DNA of 64,000 nt, taken from NCBI GenBank assembly GCA_025594325.1, contig JANHCV010000004.1, positions 124,001 through 188,000 on the forward strand. The letters are read 5' to 3'. Position numbers and translations under genes: made by a program. Position 1 is the stretch's first letter. The number at the start of each line of letters is the position of its first letter. The DNA is from Blastocladiella emersonii ATCC 22665. Its lineage: Eukaryota > Fungi > Blastocladiomycota. Positions 45,062-57,635 of the stretch are shown in pieces. The notes below the pieces were generated by a model that saw only the letters and a program-made list of their open reading frames with translations, had not been told where the DNA came from and did not search any database.

Positions 45062-45676
45062 AAGTCGAGTGTATTAGGTTGAATGGAGAGGGAGAACGGA
45101 GACGCGCAGCCGGAATGACAGGCCGAACCGCGTGCCTTGCAGAAGACGAGGAAGCCGACGAGGACCGGTGCTACATGCGCTGTGGCCGCGCGACACGCCC
45201 ACCCCACGTCAGACTCGACGCGGCGACCGAGGTCGGACACGGAGCACGGGGCGAGCGAGTCGTATACGCGAGCGGGTGCCGACACGGTCTTGTCAATGCC
45301 GACGGTTACCCGAGGTGGGTGAACCATGGCCGGGCGACACACCCGTCCCATGTCGAGCTCGACGCGCCGACCGAGGTCGGACACGGAGCACGGGGCGAGT
45401 GCGAGTCGTATACGCGAGTTGATGGCGAGGCGGTAGTGTTGTTGTTGTTGTTGTTGTAGTAGTCGGCGAGGCCGTCGAGGAGGTACGAGTGGAGTGGAGT
45501 GGAGGGAGAGGCGAGGTTGTCATGAGGGTTGTTGTTGGTGGTAAAGGGTAGGCGGAGTAGTGAGGGACGGAAGGAACGAGTAATAGAACGACTGCAGGCC
45601 GGCGCGGGCCAGCCAAAGTAGTAGGAGGCCGAGGGTCCCGAGCTTGGCCTGGTCGCGGTCGTCGTCGTCGTCGTCG

Positions 45677-48194
45677 TCAGCAGCACCGACCGAGGTTGCG
45701 CACGGCGGCGGCGGCGGCGGCCGAGTTGATGAGGCGCAGCTTGCCGAGGACGATGCGCTTGTTCGCGTCCGACTTGGACACCGGCGCGTGCTGCACGCCC
45801 GCGCGGGTGGCCACGCGGAGGTGGAGGTCCGACGTCATGTGCTTGCCCACGGACGTGAACTGGTAGTGGCCGCCGGTGGTCGGGTTGGACGGCGTGAACC
45901 GCGCGAGGATGGCGGGCATCGAGCGCACGGCCTGGCGCCGCTGCTGCCGCTGAGCCTTGCGCGCCGCCCGGCGGTGGCGGCGGCGCTCGAGCCGGCCGAC
46001 GTCGCGGCGGGCGGCGAGGCACACGAGCTGCGCAGCCGGCACGCGGTGGGCGGCCGAGGCCAGCACCTCGCGCCGGAACTCGGGCAGCTTGGCGAGCCGG
46101 GCGCGGTCCGCCGCGGAGCTGCCGAGCGGCGACTGCATCAGCTCGAGCGTCTGGCCGCGCGGGAACCGCTCGCGGATGATGATCGAGAGCGCCGCCTTCT
46201 CGGCCTTGCGCGCCTTGGCCGCGTGCCGCGCCGCGAGCATGTGCGTGAGCGGGACCTTGGGGCGCGGCGCGGCGAACATGACGTGCGCGTCGAGGGCGCC
46301 GGGGTTGGCGGCATCGACGGGGACCGACAGGAACGCGGCGAGGTGCGCGTCGAAGCGGCGCTGCATGACGCGCGGGACGTGCGACGCGGCCGGGTGCTGC
46401 CGCTGGTGCTTCTCTTTGGGCGCGTAGTTGTTCTTGAGCAGGACCGGCGCGACCCACGCGGCGGCGGCGGTCGGAGCGGCAGGTTCTAGGTGGCGATGGA
46501 GTACGTCAGCCTTCGGTGGGCGAGAGAGAGTCGGCAGCGAGAAGGCGTAGCGTACCAGCAGGGGTTGGGCGGCAGTCGTCAAACGCGGTCGAGCGGTCGA
46601 CCACGGCGGACGACGTCTTGCGGGTCACCACGTCCGTCGGGCGGTTGCGCGGGCGCTCGTTAGTGCCGGCAGAACGCGGACCCGTCGTCAGCACAAAGGA
46701 AAGAGACGAGGTCGTGACCGCGGCGTCGTGGGCCGCACGGCGCTGTTCCACGGTCGCGACGACGCAGGTACGGCTCGTGGCCGGGGTGATGGCGAGGCCC
46801 GCCGAGGCCGGGACAGGGCGCGCGTCGAGGAGGACGGGCGCGGACTCACGGTGCACGGTGACGGTCTGCGTGGGCACCGACTCGAGGACGACGGCCGTGC
46901 TCGGGGTCCAGGCCACAGCCGCGACGTCGTGCTGCGCGGCGGGCGCGTACACGACCTCGGGGATCACGGCCGGCGGAGCAGGCGCAGCGACGGCAGGCTC
47001 GGACGGCTCGGCGGCAGGCCCGGACGGCTCGGCGGCCGACACGGTGCCGCGGTACACGACCTCGGGGATCATGGCGGGCGAGGCTGGTGCAGCGACGACG
47101 GGCTCGCACGACTCGGCGGGCGACACGAAGTTGGGGAGCTGCACGGGCTCGCGCGTCTCGACGTACTCGGCGGGCTGGACGACGGCGGACATACGGGTAC
47201 TGGAGGTGGTCTCGACGGCGACGGCCGAGTCGGCGCGCAGAAGTGGGGCGGGAATGTGCTTGGGCGCCACGGCCGGCGCGATGGCGGAAGCGAGGGCGGA
47301 CGGGAGTGCCGCCTGCTCCGAGGCGCGGCTCACCACGGGCGGCGCGGCGCGCGCGGTGGCGGTGGTGGTGGTGACGGGGAGGAGCGACACGGCGCGCATG
47401 GCGATGGCCGGGAGGGTGGTGGTAGGGACAGGAGCGGCACGAACCAGTGACTGCGCGGCCGAGGCGACAGGCGCGGGCTGCGAGCGAGGGGTGGAGGGAG
47501 GCGGGTTGGTGTTGGCGGTAGTCGCAGCCGTAGACGCGGCGGGCGACGCGGGCTCGGGCCCGTCAAAGTGGAAGTAGTCCTCGGGCGTGCCGATGAGGGT
47601 GATGTACATGTCCTTGACCAGGAACTCGACGCGCGCGGCGGACATCGGGGGCATGGTCGACAGGATCTGCTCGCGGATGTGCGCACGGAGCTGCGCGGGC
47701 GAGCGTGACGTACGGTTGAGCGAGTCGTCGCAGGCCATGAGGATAGCACGCTGCGGGTCGGGCGCGGCGACGAGGAGGCGGCGCAGCTTGGACAGGTCGT
47801 GGCAGTAGTCGAGCCACTGGTCCTTGAGCGAGGCGGGCACGTCGACGGGGCGGCCCGTGCAGGAGAAGTGGTTCTGCGAGTGGGATGGTGGGTGGCAGTC
47901 AGTGGCGCGCTCGACCCAGCGGCTGCCAGCAGCGGAGCGGACGCGTACCCAGGCAGCGGCGATGAAGGCGGTCGCGTAGTTGAGCGCGGCGCAGAACGCG
48001 AAGACGATGGCGGGCAGGGCCGGGATGGCCATGATGAGGCCGATCAGCGAGGGCAGGGCCCAGAGGAGGCGGAGGGCGACGAGGCCGAAGAAGAGCGCGA
48101 GGAGGGTCATGCCGAGGAGCTGGCCGAGGCGGCCGCGCTCGTCGGCGTCCGTGGCGGCGGCGGCGGCGGCCACGGGCAGGGTGGGGAGGGTCAT
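45677..48194 (-). CDS. Orphan protein C, right copy; intron 46486-46555
   Basis: Exact mirror of 16271-18788. Confidence 0.7.
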
Positions 48195-50100
48195 GGTAGG
48201 GAGGGTGCAGGGAGAGTTCCGGTCGTCGCAATGGCTACGCGTCGATGGCCGCGGGAGAGTTAGTGAGCGTTGTCGGCGGGGTGGAGCGAGGCGATCGAGG
48301 GGGCGCGTACCTTCAGGATCGAGGCACGCGAGCGTGAAGAAAGCGGGAGGAGGGAGGGTGCCGGGGACACACGCTTCTTTTGTGGGGGAGCCTCGGGCGA
48401 CGGGCGGCAGTCAGCGATGCAGGTGCGGAGCAAAAAGTAGCAGGGCAGCGGCGACGTGAAGAGGACGCGTCGCCGTTCGGCGCGAGAGACAAGGGCGCGC
48501 GCGACGCGTCGCGGTCGACACGCGTGATGTGGCACGGCGCGACACATGTGTGCGTGGCGGCCGGGCGGGTGGCAGCCGCGCGCGCGCCGTGTTCGCGGGA
48601 GCGAGGCACGCGGGCGGGCAGGTGCCGGTCTCATTTTCGGCGCGGGTGAAGGTGGGCGAGGAAGAAGAAGGCGGCGGCGGAGGGAGACGCGATCGCGACG
48701 TGATCGAGCCGAGACGATGGCGGTGCACGCCAGCGCGAACGGCCACGCGCGTCGCGGCGGCGGGCGCGGGAGGGGGATACGGCGCGCGCGAGTGCCGAGT
48801 TCCGCACCGCATCTCCCTCGCGCCGAGGTGCAGGAGACACGTACAGCACGGCGAGCCGCGGTCGGTGATCGCAAGGATGATGATGGCGGCGAATGTGTCT
48901 CGGGCGGCGGCGGTGATGCCCGACGGCAGCGAGGGTGCGGGCGTGTAGCGTCGGCCGCGGCGGTGACGGTGACAGTGCCGTGTCGCAGTTGGGCGTGCTG
49001 TCGGCGATGATGGCGGCGCCGTCGCGTCGTCCCGAAGGGGGACCGTGCGTCCCCCACGATGGCGGCCGCCGCGACGGCGATCATCGTCGGTCGCGAGGTC
49101 TCGGAGGTGTGGGCGAGCGCGTGCGGGTAGATGGGCGTGAACCTCGAGCGCCGTGTCTCACGCACGCAGAGCGGTGACGGCGGTGATGAGGGTCCGTCAG
49201 GGTGACGTGTCCGGGACGTCCCCCACCCACCGCGGTCCCGCCGCTCCCCGGTCTGGGCCAGAGTCCGCGACCGGCTGAGCCTCCTTCTGCATCGAGTGTT
49301 CCATCACGAGCGATCCCAGCCACATCGGAAAACGAGCAGAGTCGGGCCGCGTGGGGAAAGCGTGAAGAGGCGTGGGTTCCGACCCCACGTGATAGAGTGT
49401 CTCGCAAGACGCGTCTCGCGCTTTCCCGCTCGCCGACCGGCTCGACGCGATCCCGTACCACCCTTCAGTCGAAGAGAGCGACCACGGTGGCCGCCACGGC
49501 GAGACTAGAATGAGAATGCTCATCGCTGGCCAGGCCCTGGTGGCGGGATGGCGGGAGGGCGCGGCGAGAGCCGACTGCCGCCTCTATGGCAACGTCCTGT
49601 CCGCGAGTCATTCTGATTACGGTTAACGCACAGTAACGCCGACGGTGCTACCGCTCTGCGATGAAGCGCGACCGTCCAGGCCGCGTGGCCGCATGGCCTC
49701 CGAGGCGATGCGCCACTCTCGCTCCCCTCGCGACCCCGCAACTCGCCCGTGCAGCTGATGGAGCTCTTGTGACTTGCGGCAACGGCCCGGACCTACTCGA
49801 AGCTTGTCTCGTGTCGTGTTTGCGGCGGTCAGCTCGTGCATGGACCCTCCGCGAGAACGCCCCGACCCGTGTGCACGTTTCTCCCGACTTCGGGTCTGCT
49901 CACTCGGCGTGCTTCATGGGTGATGGCCTCTCGCCCCCCGAGTGACGCGTGATTGACTCGTCCGTGTGGGTCCCGCTGCTCGGCGTGGCGGCAGTACGGC
50001 GTCTCCGGTGCAACGCGAGCGCGCAAGGGCTACAAAAGCCGGCGCCCAGCCCCGGCACCGCTCCGGCCCTCCCTCCCACCACCGAACACCCTCGCTCGCT

Positions 50101-52491
50101 ATGCAGCCGCTTGCCCCCATGCTTGAACCACCGCCGATTTCTGCGCTGCCGCAGCCAGTCCTCGCCCGCGCCCTGATCCTCTCGAGGCCCCGATCCGCCG
50201 TCGCTGCCTCCTCGCGGCTGTTCAACGAGACGATCGCGGCGTCGTTCGGCCAGGTCACCCTCGCCTACCTCTACCACTGCATCTACGACCTCTTTCGCTG
50301 GCAGTGGGACCGGAACCCACCGCGCGAGCTCGCGCAGGACATGACCGTGACGTGGACCTCGTTTGCCGCCGCTGTCCAGGCGTCTATCGGCCTGCACCAC
50401 CGCCGCGCTCCAGGCGACTCGGACCCCGCGCCCTTTCTCACGCTCGCCCTGTTCCGCGCGTTCCTCGCCAAACTGCGCTGGGGCGTGCCCGGCGCCAGCA
50501 TCTACGGCACCGTGTCCGAGTCCCGCCAGCGCACCATGCTCGACACGCTCGCGACGTGGAAGAACGACGAAATGACGTACCGAGACAACACCGACATGTG
50601 CGGCTTCGCGCCCGACGCGCTGGTCCTCGTGCTCTACTTTCTCGCCGTCGGCCGCCACGCCGACCTGTGAGCCGCCCTCACCGAGATGCGGACCCACGTC
50701 CCGCTGCTTCTCACTGAACCCGTCCTCTCGCTCCCGATCGCGCTCGAGCTGATCCCCGACCTGCTGCCGAGCATCAATCAGGCCCTCCTTGTCGTCCACA
50801 CTTCTGCCACCGCACAGCTCGAGCAGGATCCGGTTGGGGTCCCGCGCATCAGCTTCATCACGCTCGCCGCGCTCTTTGCCGTCCTCGAGTGGGACGTTGA
50901 GGCGCTCAAGGTTGTCGCCGAGTTTGTGCCGGGTCCGGCGGGTCGTGAGCCGCTCCTTGGCCTGCTCGCCGATCCTCGAGTCGCACACGCCGTGATGCTG
51001 CAGGTCAACAACGGGCACACGGCGCAGCGTGTCGTTGCCGTACTCGAGTACTTGACCGAACGAGGCTTCTCACTCGATCCTGCGACCCCGGGCCGCACTT
51101 ACTGCTCGTTCGCCGCGTACCTCCAGCCCGAGCGCTTCACTTCGGCGGACCTTGTCGCTATCGTGCAGCACTTTGACGCGGGCGACCAGCTTGCCGAGCT
51201 CGGCGACCAACACGCATTGGTCGCCGCCAAGCAGCTCACGTCGTGGGCGAGCGAGGGTCACGCGCTTGAGATGGCGGCCGCTCTCGCATTGCAGTGGCCG
51301 TGGCTCACCGCGCCCGCCAACTTGGCGCTGCTAGTCTGGGCCGCCGCCGAGGCCGAGCTGCCGAAGCCCGAGCTCGCGCTGCTTGTCAAGATGGTCTTGC
51401 AGGCGCAGTATACGACACTCGCGGAGTCTGTCTTTCGCTGTACCACTACGCCATACAGCTCGGTCAAGGGAGCCGTGACCGTGCTCATGTCCATCTTCCG
51501 CAACCTCGACCCCGATCTCGACATGGCCCGCGCGCTCGTCCCATCGCTTCCCGTCCTGTGTGACGCGCAGTTTGCGGGCGACCTCGCACTCCTTGGCATG
51601 GGCGAGACGGGGGCGCGACTCACGATCGCCGGCGCGCTCGCGGCGCACGATGCGATCAACGAGCACCGACACCAGCACGCGGTCTCGTACGTGCTCGCCG
51701 TGGCCCCGCTCATGGCGTCCGCGGGCTGCGCCGAGGCCGCGCTCCACCGGCTGGCCCCGCGCGTGGCGGACGTGTGGGCGTACACATACTTTGCGTTCGG
51801 CGCGACCATGGTCAACTACGCGGCACCGGACAAGGTCGGACTGGTCGTCGACAGCCTTCGCGATTGCGACCCCGAGTCACTCGTCCTCGCCTCGGCCGTG
51901 ATTTGGGAGCACACCGACGCCGTCCTCGCAGCGTGGCCCAAATTCCTCACGTACTGCCCCACCGGCGTCCTGACTGGGTTCAGCACAACGCTGCTCGAGC
52001 AGCTGCTGGAGGCGACGGTGACCGAGGAGGCCGACCCGTACTCGCAGGCAACCGTGCAACGGAAGGTGGAGGCCGTCGAGACGTTCATCCGCGACGTGGT
52101 GGCGCACGACGCGCACGCGTTCGCCGCCAACATTGGCTCTGGGTCGGCACTGCTGCACCTCGGCACCAGGTACCTTCCCGCGTCGGCGTCGGACTCGGGC
52201 GAGTTTGCGCACCACTTTGACGAGGACGTGGCCTGCGGCGCGCTGGTGATGACGCTCGTCAACGGCACGAGCGCGGAGCGGTACTCGCGGACGCGGCACC
52301 TGCTGCGGTGCGTGGACTGGACGCCCGGCGTGCTGCGCGTCCTCGCCGAGGCCATGGCCAAGGATTCCGAGGTGCAGGTCCGCGTCGTGGCGCAGTTCCA
52401 CGGGCTCGCGGACGCTGTGCACGAGGGCGTCGCGGTGGAACGCGGCCAGCCCATCGCCGCGGCCCACGGCGACGCTGAGACCGAGCTTTGA
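50101..52491 (+). pseudogene. F-box-like paralog B, right copy; in-frame TGA at 50668-50670
   Basis: Exact mirror of 11974-14364. Confidence 0.7.
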
Positions 52492-52823
52492 CCTCCCACT
52501 CTCCCTCCCTCAGCAACCCGAATAGAACCAACGATACTCACGGAAACCTGATGCAACGTGGTCTGCTGCTCTGCCTCGACTGAGTCCGCTGAGCGTGCTC
52601 TCCGAGTCCGACTCGCGACGCACCGTCCATCGAGGCCTCGGTCATCGCTCGCTCTCACGACTGCTCCGAAGCGCGTGGTGTTGCAAGTGAGCCGTTGACG
52701 CTGATTCGAGTCAGGACCCGCTCGCACTTGATCCCTGTTCGGGACCCTCAGCGAGCGCCGACGCGCCGTTCAAAGGGCGACCCGGGCACCGCTCGCAGTC
52801 CTCGCTCTCCAACTCTGACTACC

Positions 52824-55368
52824 ATGAATCTTGCAATGAAAAACGACGACCCGGCCATGGAACTCGCCGCGCTCCCGCCGCTGGTCCTCTCGCGCGTGCT
52901 CATCCTCGCCGATCTGCGGCCCGCGCTCGTTGCCGCGTCCCGCGTGCTGCACGAGACCGTGTCCGCCGAGGAGGGCCGCTTCACGCTCGCGTGGCTGCAC
53001 TACGACGTCGAGTACGTCTACAGCTTCTTCTGGGCGTGGACCACCATGGGCCTCATGTGCCAGGACATGGTCACGACGTGGACCGCGTTCGCCGCGCTGG
53101 TGCAGTCCGTCGTCACGCTGCACGAGGGCGAAAGGTACCACTGCCGCATCCGGGCGCCCATGCTCAACGGCGCGCTGTTCCGCGCGTTCCTCTCGGAGCT
53201 GCGCTGGGGCGGCCCCAGCGCCGACGGCACCATCTCCGAAGCTCGCCAGCGCGAGATGCTGCGCACCCTCGTCGAGTGGAGCAACGACGAGCAGGTGCGC
53301 GGCAAGTACACGGACATTTGCGTGATCCCCGACGTGCTCGTCCTCGTTCTCTACTTTGCCGTCATGGGCCGCCACGACGACCTGCGCGATGCGCTCGGCG
53401 ACCTGACCCGCCACCTCCCGCTCCTCGTCACGGAGCCCGTCCTCCCGCTTCCCACCGCGCTGCCGCTGATCCCCGACATGCGCCGCGGGATCAACTCGGC
53501 GCTCCACGTCGTCCGCGAGTCGCTCAAGGCCCAGCTGGCTGAGGCCCCCGCGACGGTCCCGCACATTTCGTTCCTCACGCTCGCTGCCCTGACGGCCGTG
53601 CTCGAGTGGGACCTCGGGTCGCTCGAGTTCGTCGCCGCCTTCCTCCCGTCGCTCGACCCTCTGCTTGCCGTGCTCGAGGACGCGCGCGTCGCGCACGCCG
53701 TGATGCTGCAGGTCAATAACCACTACCCGCTGGACCGCGTCGTTGCCATGCTCGACTACTTGACCGCGCGCGGCTTCTCGCTCGATCCCGCAACCGCGGG
53801 CCGGACCCACTGCGCGTTTGCTGCGTACCTCAACCCGAACCGGTTCTCGGTCGACGACCTGATCGCGGTCGCCAAGCGCTTTGACATTGCAGAGCGGCTG
53901 CTCACCCCTAAGCAGGCCCTGGCGAATGCCAAGCAGCTTGTCCTGTGGCTGGACGAGGGCCGTGCCGTCGAGTTTGGCCTGGCGCTCCGCGAGTGCTGGT
54001 CATGGCTCGCGACGCCGGTTGGCTGGGGCGCGCTTGTTTGGGCAACTGCAGCGGCCGATGATGCCGAAGGGGAGGAGGAGGTGCTGGTGCGACTGGTCGA
54101 CAAGTTCCCCAAGGAGCAGCTGGGCCAGCTGGCCGAGAGTGGTACGTTGGAATTACGGGTGTGGCACTCGCGACGCAGCTAATCCACTTGCCGACGGTGT
54201 AGTGATCCGCTGCGCGAGCGAGCAACGCTACTACAACTGCGGCGAAGCCCTCGAGCTGATCATCACCATCATCCGCGAGGCTGACCCGGCGCTTCCGCTC
54301 CTCCCGGCGTTCCTGCCTTCGCTCTCGGCCCTTTGCGATGCCCACTTTGCCGCCGACCTCGCATCCCTCGGGCTTGGGAGCGCCGACGCGCGGCGTGCCA
54401 TCGCCGCGGCGCTCGCCGGCCTCGACGCGGATCCCGCTGACGGTCGGTACCAGTACCTCGTCGCGTACACGCTCACTCTGGCCCCGCTCCTTACCTCGCC
54501 GGTGCGCGCGGCCGACACGTTCCACGCGCTCGGGTTGCTGATCCCGGGCTTTTGGGAGTACACGTACGTCGCCTTCGCTGCGACCGTGACCGTCGTGGCG
54601 GACCCGGACAGCGCCGTGTACCTCATCCGCGCGACCCACGATGAGATTTACGAGTCCGGGCGCGTTCTCAGTGAGGCGGCGATCGACGCGGTGCTTACCG
54701 CGTGGACCTTCTTCCTGACGGCGTGCCCGCGTGACGTGCTGCCGGCCGAGTTTGGCGCAGGCGACGGACTGCTGGACCCGCTACTCGAGGCCGCTGACGT
54801 CGAGCTCGTCAGCTCGCCTGGCCACGAAGAGCGGCACTGCACCGCCGTCGCGCACCGGTTCCTCGCGGCCGCCGCGGCGCACGACCCGCGCGCGTTCGCG
54901 AGTGCGATCGGACGGCGGTCGCGCCGGCTCGCGCGCGGCGTGCAGTTCCTGCCGAGCTCGCGCGAGTTTGTCGAGCGCTTTGACGACGAGGGTGTGGTCC
55001 GGCGTGCCGTCGCGGGGACCCTGCGTCACGATGACCCGCACCACGCGCAGGCGCGGCACGTCCTGAGCCGCGTCGCGTGGACGCCCGGCGTTATGGCGGT
55101 CCTCCGCCGCGCCGTCACCGCGAACCCAGTCGCGATGACGCGCGTCGTCGCCAAGGTCCGCGGGCTCGCCGAGGCGATGCAGCCCGCTGTCGCTGTTGAC
55201 GGGGTCGAGGAGGACGCGGCGCTCGAGTCTGACTTCACCTCGGACGAGGCGGACGAGGACGACGACGAGGATGGCGATGATGGTTTCGACGAAGACGAGG
55301 ATGGCAATGATGATCCCGACGAAGACGATGATCCGGACAATGACTCCGTTGATTCGCACGATGAATGA
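52824..55368 (+). CDS. F-box-like paralog A, right copy (about 827 aa, longer acidic tail); intron 54142-54202
   Basis: Mirror of 9160-11641 except for the acidic C-terminus beyond 55249. Confidence 0.75.
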
Positions 55369-56371
55369 ACAATAGAATTCGTTAAATGCAACAGTGCGGT
55401 TCAAAACTGACTGGATGAGAATTTCACTACACGGTGAGCGACTAGTGACCGTCGTCCGCATCAGCGACTTCCAAGTCGGCCGCGGCGGCCTGGATCCCCT
55501 CGCGCTCGTGCTCAGCTGCGACGACGATATCAACGAACGTGCCAATTTTCATGTCGACAGGGCCCTTGACGTGTTCAAGCGAAACTATCAAGGGGCACCG
55601 TCGTTGACCTTGCAGCCGCGGTGAAGGCGTTGGATCCGGAGCACGGACCAGTCGATGGCGAGCCATGCCCGTCAAGAGTGGCGAGCGGCCTTCAAGATAA
55701 CGGCGTCGCGGATGTGGCTGCCGTTAGTCAAGTAATTATAGAAGCACTCGCACACGCTGGCGGCCCAGACGACGTTGATGTCAGGCTCAAGCTCAAGCAG
55801 CTGGCGTAGCTGCGCCGGGAGAAGCACAAAGAACGGCCGCTGGGCGGCTCGCTTCACTGGGTGCTCTCGTGTAGCGTAAGCCGGACCACACAACCATCTC
55901 TCCTGGGAGATCAACAAAGAAGAAGCCGAGGTGCGCAGAGCCGCCCATGGACGTCAATTCGAAGACTTGTCAAACGGTATGCGCAACGCCGCCAAGGCAG
56001 CTGTAGCGGCACTCACAAGGGCTTCAATCTGCCGTTGCTCGTGCAAGAGTGGTTTACGAGCAGATCTCGCGAGTAGTCGGTGTCATAAGAGGGAGTGCGG
56101 GTCGGCCTACCCCGACGGCCGTGTTGGCCGCCGTCAGAACCGACAAGGCACGCGGCACATGGGCATCTTCATAAACGATGGCCGTGTCCTCCGATGCATC
56201 AGCTTCCATGTTGGTGTTTGACGTGAGCTTCATGGAAGTGGAGTTCGGGAGGAGCGCTGTGCTGAGCGTCGGGCCTCGGGCCTTGTCGACGACGTCGCTC
56301 CCGCTCACTCAACCCCTAACAGCGCACAGCGCTCCATGTAACTCTTGACCTATTGCAACGACACCCGCATC

Positions 56372-57556
56372 ATGACATCGACCAATCCATCCGCGTCGCC
56401 TACACGCGCCGAGTCCCCTGCGCCCGCGCCCGCGCCCGCCGCGCTGCCAAAGCTGAAGCGCAAGGCGCGCGGGGCCAACCTACGCAAGAAGCCATCGGCC
56501 GACTTGGACGACACGTCGCCCTCCGCCTCTAGTGCGGACGGCGACGCGGGCGTCGCCGAGGACCGGTCCCTCGACCTGCTGGCCGACTTCAAGGAGGCCC
56601 GCAAGGTGCGGGCGCGCGCCCGCGGCCTCGACGCCGAGATGCTGCTGCAGCCCGCATCGGTCCTCGAGGCCGCCGCCGCTGCGAGGAAGGCCGCGAGCGC
56701 CGCGTCGGCCGAGGACATCTCCAAGCTCGAGGCCATCCGCCACGACGGGCTCGTTGACCCGAACGCGGGCGGCGGCGAGGGGTACCTGCCCGCGTTCACG
56801 GGGACCAACAAGACGCTGGACGCGACCAAGCACCGGTACGCGCTTGATTGCTTTGTGGGTGGTGGAGCTGTGTCACTGACGCGCATCGTCCAGGGAACGG
56901 TTTGTGGAGATGGAGCTCGCCAAGCGCCGCGGCAAGGCGACCGAGCCCGAGACCAGCAAGAAGCCCGTGGCAACGGTCGCGTCCATGGAGGATGAGCTGT
57001 TTGCGATCCCCGAACACCTGCGGGTCGCGCGCTCCGAAGTCGCCGAGGGCAGCGTGACTGCGTCCGCGTCCATGCTCACCGCGATCCCTGAAGTCGACTT
57101 GGGCGAATCGTACGCCCGCTTCCTCCTCGCACATCTCCGCAACCACCACACTCACACGTACCCACCAAACCTAGCTCGCGCCACGCCGCCATCGTGCGCA
57201 CCGAGGCCTTCCGCGACCGGCGCTCGGGGCACGCGCCGGGCCACGCGTCGGACGACGACGACGAGTCGGCGCCGCGGCTGACCGACGACCCGGACCTCGA
57301 GCGCGCCCTGGCCTTCAACCACAACCCGTTCCCGGGCATGCGGTGGCGCATCTCGCGCAAGACCCGCGAGACGCTTTTCGACCTGCGCGTCGCCGAGGAC
57401 CTGCTGCGCGACCGCCGCGGGCGCAGCGTGCACGGCATCGTGACCAACGACGAGGAGCTGCTGCGCCAGATCGAGGCTGAGAATCAGGGTCGCGGCGCGG
57501 GCGACGATGACGATGATTTGCCGGGATCAAGCAGTAAGCGGGCCCGGTATGCGTAG
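56372..57556 (+). CDS. TLS1: Tls1/C9orf78-like splicing-associated protein (two introns)
   Basis: Spliced product contains RARGLDAE.LL, F..TNKTLDATKH..RFVEMELAKRRG, EDELFAIPEHL and LTAIPEVDLG, characteristic of the C9orf78/HCA59 family. Confidence 0.75.
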
Positions 57557-57635
57557 TGTGAGGGGGTGGAACAGGATCTTATTGCTGATTTTACGTTACG
57601 GGGAGGGAGGGGAGGTGGAGCGAGCAAGGACAAAT

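Larger units (their letters stand above)
45054..55249. repeat. Right arm of the 10,196-bp inverted repeat
   Basis: Reverse complement of 9216-19411. Confidence 0.97.

Noticed and set aside
50668-50670. Selenocysteine recoding of the in-frame TGA
   Set aside because: The paralog has Arg, not Cys, at this position. There is no redox motif and no SECIS-like element was noticed.
9216-55249. Giant transposon with 10-kb terminal inverted repeats (Maverick-, Starship- or Mutator-like)
   Set aside because: No transposase, integrase, tyrosine recombinase or polymerase. There are no sharp termini or target-site duplication, because the ends fade into diverged homology, and the core is ordinary housekeeping genes.
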